Shown here: piece by piece, positions 58,180-64,000 of the stretch
Layout of the letters: each line of letters begins with the position of its first letter
How positions within the stretch are numbered: the stretch's first letter is position 1
Assembly: GCA_963422645.2 (NCBI GenBank)
Contig: CAXXVO010000014.1
Location: forward strand, 32,001-96,000
DNA length: 64,000 nucleotides
Source: Alphaproteobacteria bacterium
Lineage (GTDB): Bacteria; Pseudomonadota; Alphaproteobacteria; UBA828
Reading direction: 5' to 3'
Translations under genes and position numbers: made by a program
Notes under the pieces: generated by a model
Told to the model about the DNA's origin: nothing
The model's input: the letters and a program-made list of their open reading frames with translations, nothing else
Databases searched by the model: none

Positions 58180-58521
58180 ATGGCCGAGCGATTCGCGCGC
58201 GTTCGCTACCGGACGATCATCGTGCTGCTCACCTGCGCGCTGGGCCTGCTCTATGTCGGCTACCAGAGCGTGCAGGGCGAGCGCGGGCTGCTCGGGTGGA
58301 TCGAGCGCTCTGCCGAGGCCGAGCGGACCCGCGCCGAGGTGGCCGCGCTCGCCGAGGAGCGGCGCAAGCTGGAGCGCCGCGTCTCTCAGCTTAGGGCCGA
58401 GAGTCTGGACCTCGACCTGCTCGACCAGGAGGCCCGCCGCACGCTCAACCTGGGCCACCCGGATGAGGAGGTGCTGTTCCACGACGGGCCGGCGCAACCC
58501 GCGCCTGCTCCCGGCGAGTAG
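58180..58521 (+). CDS. ftsB: Septum formation initiator (FtsB/DivIC)
   Basis: TM helix, GERGL, coiled coil, LDLDLLDQEAR; directly follows eno. Confidence 0.88.
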   Translation: MAERFARVRYRTIIVLLTCALGLLYVGYQSVQGERGLLGWIERSAEAERTRAEVAALAEERRKLERRVSQLRAESLDLDLLDQEARRTLNLGHPDEEVLFHDGPAQPAPAPGE

Positions 58522-58672
58522 CGCGCCCTCGACTGAGAGCCTGAAGTGCTTGCCATGGCAAGCACTAATCGCCTTGCCCTTGTCAGTCCGCCGCGTTTGA
58601 CCTAGCGTGCCTTGAAGTTCCGCGCCAGCCGATTACGTGACGGGTGGAGCGGGCGTCGGACGCGAGGAAGAG

Positions 58673-59692
58673 ATGGCGACTGCCAGGAAACGGGCCCGGA
58701 GCGGGACGGCACCCGCTCGCGAGGCCGCGATGGAGCCGGAGACGCTGCATCGCGCGTTCCGCGACATGCTGCTGCTCCGCCGCTTTGAGGAGAAGGCCAG
58801 CCAGCTCTACGGCATGGGGCTGATCGGGGGCTTCTGCCACCTCTATATCGGGCAGGAGGCGGTGGTCACGGGCATTCAGTACGCGCTCGGGCCGGGCGAT
58901 TCGGTCATCACGGGCTATCGCTGCCACGCCCACATGCTGATCGCCGGCGTGCCTCCCAGGGAGGTCATGGCGGAGCTCACCGGGCGCGCCGCCGGTGCGT
59001 CCAAGGGCAAGGGCGGCTCGATGCACCTCTTCGCGCCCGAGAGCGGTTTTTACGGCGGCCACGGCATCGTCGGCGCCCAGGTGCCGCTCGGCGTCGGCCT
59101 CGGCTTCGCCCACAAGTACCGTTCCTCGGACCGGGTCTCCGTCACCTATTTCGGCGACGGTGCGGCCAATCAGGGCCAGGTGTTCGAGGCCTTCAACATG
59201 GCGGCGCTCTGGCAGCTCCCGGTCCTCTTCGTAATCGAAAACAACCAGTACGCCATGGGGACCTCGGTCGAGCGCTCCGCAGCGGTATCGGAGTTGCACG
59301 AGCGCGGCGCGGCCTTCGGTATTCCCGGCGGGCGGGTCGACGGCATGGACGTGGCGGCCGTGTATCAGGCGGCCGAGGAGGCGGTCGCTGGCCTGCGGGC
59401 GGGCAACGGGCCGCTGCTGCTCGAAATGATGACCTACCGCTACCGCGGCCACTCGATGTCCGATCCGGCCAAGTACCGAAGCCGCGATGAGGTCAGCAAG
59501 GTCCGCAAGGAGCGCGATGCGATCGAGCAGGCGCGTCAGGCCCTGATCGAAGGCGGCCACGCCGACGAGGACGCGCTCAAGGAGATCGACCGGGAGATCA
59601 AGGCCATCGTCAACGACGCCGCCGATTTCGCTCAAGGCGCGCCTGAGCCCGCTCCGGTTTCGCTCGAGGCCGATGTCGTGGCCCGCGTCTGA
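58673..59692 (+). CDS. pdhA: Pyruvate dehydrogenase E1 alpha
   Basis: [32 protein letters not shown]. Confidence 0.97.
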   Translation: MATARKRARSGTAPAREAAMEPETLHRAFRDMLLLRRFEEKASQLYGMGLIGGFCHLYIGQEAVVTGIQYALGPGDSVITGYRCHAHMLIAGVPPREVMAELTGRAAGASKGKGGSMHLFAPESGFYGGHGIVGAQVPLGVGLGFAHKYRSSDRVSVTYFGDGAANQGQVFEAFNMAALWQLPVLFVIENNQYAMGTSVERSAAVSELHERGAAFGIPGGRVDGMDVAAVYQAAEEAVAGLRAGNGPLLLEMMTYRYRGHSMSDPAKYRSRDEVSKVRKERDAIEQARQALIEGGHADEDALKEIDREIKAIVNDAADFAQGAPEPAPVSLEADVVARV

Positions 59693-59723
59693 CGCTTACG
59701 CTTACACGGAAGACCCGCGACTC

Positions 59724-60707
59724 ATGGCACTGCAGACCGTTCGAGAGGCGCTTCGCGACGCGATGGCGGAGGAGATGCGGGCCGACCCCGATGTCTTCCT
59801 CATGGGCGAGGAGGTGGCGGAGTATCAGGGCGCCTACAAGGTAAGCCAAGGCCTGCTCGACGAGTTCGGTGCGGCCCGTGTGATCGACACGCCCATCACC
59901 GAAGCCGGATTCGCCGGCATCGGCGTCGGCGCCGCCATGGGCGGACTCAAGCCTATCGTCGAGTTCATGACCTTCAACTTCGCCATGCAGGCGATGGACC
60001 ATCTGATCAACTCGGCCGCGAAAACGCTCTACATGTCGGGCGGCCTGCTGCCGGTGCCGGTGGTGTTCCGCGGGCCCAACGGCGCCGCCGCACGGGTCGC
60101 AGCCCAGCACTCCCAGTGCTATGCGAGCTGGTTCGCCCATGTGCCGGGCTGGCGGGTGATCGCGCCCTATTCGGCGGCCGACGCCAAGGGGCTGCTGAAG
60201 GCCGCCATCCGCGACCCCAACCCGGTGGTGTTTCTCGAGAACGAGCTGCTCTACGGCCAGAGCTTCGAAGTGCCAGAGGGCAACGATCACCTGGTGCCCA
60301 TCGGCAAGGCCACCGTCGCGCGCACCGGCAGCGATGTTACCGTCGCCGCCTTCTCGATCATGGTGGGACGCGCGCTGGAGGCCGCTGAGACTCTCTCCGC
60401 GGAGGGCATCGAAGCCGAGATCATCGACCTGCGCTCGCTCCGTCCGCTCGACGGTGCGGCGGTGCTGGCCTCGGTGGAGAAGACCAACCGCCTGGTCACG
60501 GTGGAGGAAGGCTGGCCCTTCGCCGGCATCGGCGCCGAGGTCGCCGCTCTGGTCATGGAGCAGGCGTTCGACATGCTCGATGCGCCGGTCGCGCGTGTCT
60601 CGGGCGCCGACGCGCCGATGCCTTACGCCGCTAATCTGGAAGCTGCGACCCTTCCGGGCGCGAAAGACATCGCCGACGCCGTCCGCCGCGTCTGCTACAG
60701 AAGTTAG
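59724..60707 (+). CDS. pdhB: Pyruvate dehydrogenase E1 beta
   Basis: [32 protein letters not shown]. Confidence 0.97.
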   Translation: MALQTVREALRDAMAEEMRADPDVFLMGEEVAEYQGAYKVSQGLLDEFGAARVIDTPITEAGFAGIGVGAAMGGLKPIVEFMTFNFAMQAMDHLINSAAKTLYMSGGLLPVPVVFRGPNGAAARVAAQHSQCYASWFAHVPGWRVIAPYSAADAKGLLKAAIRDPNPVVFLENELLYGQSFEVPEGNDHLVPIGKATVARTGSDVTVAAFSIMVGRALEAAETLSAEGIEAEIIDLRSLRPLDGAAVLASVEKTNRLVTVEEGWPFAGIGAEVAALVMEQAFDMLDAPVARVSGADAPMPYAANLEAATLPGAKDIADAVRRVCYRS

Positions 60708-60716
60708 GGAGGCACC

Positions 60717-62063
60717 ATGCCGATCCAGATCCTCATGCCGGCCCTCTCGCCGACGATGACCGAGGGCAACGTCGCGAGCTGGCTCAAGAACGAGGGGGAC
60801 TCCGTCCAGGCCGGCGATATTCTGTGCGAGATCGAGACCGACAAGGCGACCATGGAGGTGGAGGCGACCGACGAAGGCACACTTGCCAGGATCGTCGCTC
60901 CCGCCGGCTCCGAAGGGGTGCCGGTGAACGCGGTCATCGGGCTGATCCTGGAGGAGGGCGAGGACACATCCGCGCTCGAGGGCGCGGAGGCTGCCGCCCC
61001 CGCTGCAGCTGCACTCGCAGCCCCGGCGGCTGAGGCCGCAACCGAATCCGCGCCGGCGGCAAGTGCAGCGGCTGCGCCGGCGGTGCCGGCACCGTCGCCC
61101 GGCGGCAACGGCGCCACGCCGCCCGCGCCCGGGCGCGATCCCGGCGCACGCATCTTCGTGAGCCCGCTGGCGCGCCGCATGGCCAAGCAGGCCGGCCTCG
61201 CGCTGGAGGCAATCGCCGGCACCGGCCCGAACGGGCGCATCGTCAAGGTCGATGTCGAGGCGGCCATCGCCGCCGCCGCGGCCGCGCCGGCCGCTGCTGC
61301 GGCACCCGCCCCTGCGGCGGCCGCAGCCCCCGCCGCTGCCCCGGCCCCGGTGGTCGCTCCCGCGGCCCCTGCCGCCGCGTACCAGGACACGCCGGCGAGC
61401 ACCATGCGCAAGGTCATCGCGCAACGGCTACAGGAGGCGAAGCGCGAGGTCCCGCACTTCTATCTGACCATCGATTGCGCAGTCGATGCGCTGCTGGAGA
61501 CCCGCGCGCAGCTCAACGAACGCTCCGACGCCTACAGCCTCTCGGTCAACGACTTCGTGATCCGTGCCGCGGCGCTCGCGCTGCGCAAGGTCCCGGCCGC
61601 CAATGCGTCGTGGGTCGACGGTGCGCTCCGCCAATACACGAGCGCCGATGTCTCGGTGGCCGTGGCCATCGAGGATGGGCTGGTGACGCCCATCGTGCGC
61701 AACGCCGACGCCAAGGGGCTGGCCGAGATTTCCGCCGAGGTGAAGGAGCTCGCCGGGCGCGCCCGGGCCAAGCCCATGGGGCTCGCGCCGCAGGAGTATC
61801 AGGGCGGCACCTTCAGCGTCTCCAATCTCGGCATGTACGGCATCAAGGAGTTCGCGGCGATCATCAACCCGCCACAATCCATGATCCTCGCCGTCGGCAC
61901 CGCCGAGCAGCGGCCGGTGGTCAAGGACGGCGCGCTTGCCGTCGCGACCATGATGTCGTGCACGCTCTCGGTCGATCACCGGGTGGTCGACGGCGCGCTC
62001 GGCGCCCAATTCCTGCAGGCGTTCAAGGGCCTGATCGAAGACCCGCTCACCATGCTTCTCTAG
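60717..62063 (+). CDS. pdhC: Dihydrolipoamide acetyltransferase E2
   Basis: MPALSPTM, ETDKATME lipoyl site, SPLARR, DHRVVDGA. Confidence 0.97.
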   Translation: MPIQILMPALSPTMTEGNVASWLKNEGDSVQAGDILCEIETDKATMEVEATDEGTLARIVAPAGSEGVPVNAVIGLILEEGEDTSALEGAEAAAPAAAALAAPAAEAATESAPAASAAAAPAVPAPSPGGNGATPPAPGRDPGARIFVSPLARRMAKQAGLALEAIAGTGPNGRIVKVDVEAAIAAAAAAPAAAAAPAPAAAAAPAAAPAPVVAPAAPAAAYQDTPASTMRKVIAQRLQEAKREVPHFYLTIDCAVDALLETRAQLNERSDAYSLSVNDFVIRAAALALRKVPAANASWVDGALRQYTSADVSVAVAIEDGLVTPIVRNADAKGLAEISAEVKELAGRARAKPMGLAPQEYQGGTFSVSNLGMYGIKEFAAIINPPQSMILAVGTAEQRPVVKDGALAVATMMSCTLSVDHRVVDGALGAQFLQAFKGLIEDPLTMLL

Positions 62064-62112
62064 CGGGAGCCGGCCTCGCCGGCCCCTCACCCATACCAGA
62101 CCGGAGGACATC

Positions 62113-63516
62113 ATGGCCGATCCGTCCTTTGACGTTGTCATCGTCGGCAGCGGCCCCGGCGGCTATGTCGCTGCGATCCGCGCCAGCCAGCTCGGCCTGA
62201 AGACTGCCGTGGTCGAGCGCGAGCACCTCGGCGGCATCTGCCTCAACTGGGGCTGCATCCCGACCAAGGCGCTGCTCCGGGTCTCGGAACTGCGCCACAC
62301 CCTCGACCGGCTCGGCGATTTCGGCATCAGCGTGGGCGAGGTCTCGGTCGATATCGAGAAAGTCGTCGCCCGTTCGCGCAAGGTCGCCGATCAGCTCTCC
62401 CACGGCGTCGCTTACCTGATGAAGAAGAACGGCATCACGGTCATCGAAGGCCACGCCCGGCTCGCAGGCGCCGGCGCCCTTGAGGTCACGAAGGAGGACG
62501 GGGAGGCCGAGGCGATCCGCGCCGCGCACATCATCCTCGCCACCGGAGCGCGGGCGCGGGTGCTGCCGGGTTTGGAGCCAGACGGTGAGACGATCTGGAC
62601 CTACAAGGAAGCGATGGTTCCTGCCGCGCACCCGGCATCGCTGCTGGTGATCGGCGCCGGCGCCATCGGCATGGAGTTCGCGAGCTTCTACGCCGACCTC
62701 GGCAGCGCCGTCACCGTGGTCGAGATCCTGCCGCGCGTGCTGCCCGTGGAGGACGAGGAAATCTCGGCTGCCGCCCTCAAGGCCTTCGAAGCCCAAGGCA
62801 TGACCATCCACACCGGCGCGCGGGTGAACAGCCTCGCGGCGAAGGGCGGCGTGGTGCAGGCCGCCATCGAGACTGCAGACGGCAAGACCGAGAACGTCAC
62901 GTTCAACCGCGCGATTCTCGCCGCCGGCATCGTCGGCAACGTCGAGGACATCGGGCTGGAGGGCACCGGCGTCGTGGTCGAGAAGGGCCATATCCAGACC
63001 GACCCCTGGATGGCGACGGGCGAGCCCGGTGTCTACGCAATCGGCGATGTAACAGGTCCGCCCTGGCTCGCCCACAAGGCCAGTCACGAGGGCGTGCTCT
63101 GCGTGGAGAAGATTGCGGGCGTGGAAGGCGTGCACCCGCTGGACACCAGCCGCGTGCCGGCCTGCACTTACTGCCGGCCCCAGGTCGCCTCGGTCGGGCT
63201 TAGCGAAGCCGCCGCGAAGGAGGCAGGGCACGCGGTCAGGGTCGGGCGCTTCCCCTTCATCGGCAACGGCAAGGCGATCGCCCTCGGCGAGCCCGAAGGC
63301 ATGGTCAAGACCGTGTTCGACGAGGCGACCGGAGAGCTGCTCGGCGCCCACATGATCGGCACCGAGGTGACCGAGCTGATCCAGGGCTACACGGTCGCCC
63401 GCGCGCTGGAGTGCACCGAGGCCGACCTTGTCGAGACGATCTTCCCGCACCCCACATTATCCGAGGCGATGCACGAATCGGTGCTTGACGCCTATGGGCG
63501 CGTCATCCACATCTAG
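62113..63516 (+). CDS. lpdA: Dihydrolipoamide dehydrogenase
   Basis: GSGPGGY, GGICLNWGCIPTK, HPTLSE. Confidence 0.98.
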   Translation: MADPSFDVVIVGSGPGGYVAAIRASQLGLKTAVVEREHLGGICLNWGCIPTKALLRVSELRHTLDRLGDFGISVGEVSVDIEKVVARSRKVADQLSHGVAYLMKKNGITVIEGHARLAGAGALEVTKEDGEAEAIRAAHIILATGARARVLPGLEPDGETIWTYKEAMVPAAHPASLLVIGAGAIGMEFASFYADLGSAVTVVEILPRVLPVEDEEISAAALKAFEAQGMTIHTGARVNSLAAKGGVVQAAIETADGKTENVTFNRAILAAGIVGNVEDIGLEGTGVVVEKGHIQTDPWMATGEPGVYAIGDVTGPPWLAHKASHEGVLCVEKIAGVEGVHPLDTSRVPACTYCRPQVASVGLSEAAAKEAGHAVRVGRFPFIGNGKAIALGEPEGMVKTVFDEATGELLGAHMIGTEVTELIQGYTVARALECTEADLVETIFPHPTLSEAMHESVLDAYGRVIHI

Positions 63517-63537
63517 GCGGTAACCGGGGAGTTGCTC

Positions 63538-64000
63538 ATGCCTGAGTCGCAGGTCACACCGCTGAAGTCGCGTAGCGACCGCGAACCCAAGCCGCGCTGG
63601 CTCCGGGTCAAGGCGCCGACCTCGCCCGAATACAACGCGACGCGAAAGCTGATGCGCACGCACCGGCTGAACACCGTGTGCGAGGAGGCCGCCTGCCCCA
63701 ATATCGGCGAGTGCTGGGCCAAGGGCCACGCGACGGTGATGATCCTGGGCTCGGTCTGCACCCGCGCCTGCGCCTTCTGTAACATCGCGACCGGCCGGCC
63801 CGATCAGCTCGATCCGCACGAGCCCGACGAACTCGCGCAGGCGGTCGGTGCGCTCGGCCTCGACCACGTCGTCATTACCTCGGTCGACCGCGACGATCTC
63901 GACGACGGCGGCGCCTTCCAGTTCGTGCGCTGTATCGAGCGGCTGCGCGAGACCGCGCCCGAGACCACCATCGAGGTGCTGACGCCGGACTTCCGCAACA
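63538..64000 (+). CDS. lipA: Lipoyl synthase, 5' part (runs off the window)
   Basis: [42 protein letters not shown]. Confidence 0.97.
   Translation, partial: MPESQVTPLKSRSDREPKPRWLRVKAPTSPEYNATRKLMRTHRLNTVCEEAACPNIGECWAKGHATVMILGSVCTRACAFCNIATGRPDQLDPHEPDELAQAVGALGLDHVVITSVDRDDLDDGGAFQFVRCIERLRETAPETTIEVLTPDFRN

Noticed and set aside
60985-61380. Ala/Pro-rich repeats in pdhC
   Set aside because: Normal flexible E2 linkers.

Overview
High-GC bacterial chromosomal DNA. The dxs/shc/hpnH/ispH block and the eno-ftsB-pdhABC-lpdA-lipA order point to an alphaproteobacterium (inference). The window holds several catabolic blocks: ABC transporters, three enolase-superfamily paralogs, lactonases, an aldolase and acyl-CoA enzymes. 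It also carries a hopanoid/MEP cluster and the PDH operon. Two mobile elements can be delimited to the base. (1) A 5,046-bp, internally deleted transposable-phage (Mu-like) remnant at 8283-13328 has TGTAG...CTACA ends, a 5-bp GACCC target duplication and inverted repeated end sites. It splits a solute-binding-protein gene and carries a Pro-Thr-repeat tail protein next to a 2OG-Fe(II) oxygenase. (2) A 2,508-bp IS66-family element at 51669-54176 has 19-bp IRs and an 8-bp target duplication, and carries a small DNA adenine methyltransferase gene overlapping the transposase start. Other unusual loci: an MIO-less ammonia-lyase with UbiD and an NdmB-like Rieske oxygenase; a divergent GcvPA/PB pair with an ATP-NAD-kinase/AcoX-like gene; an apionate-lactonase-like sugar-acid pathway; and a structured intergenic RNA candidate. 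I saw no rRNA, tRNA or CRISPR array. All family calls come from motif recognition, not database searches.
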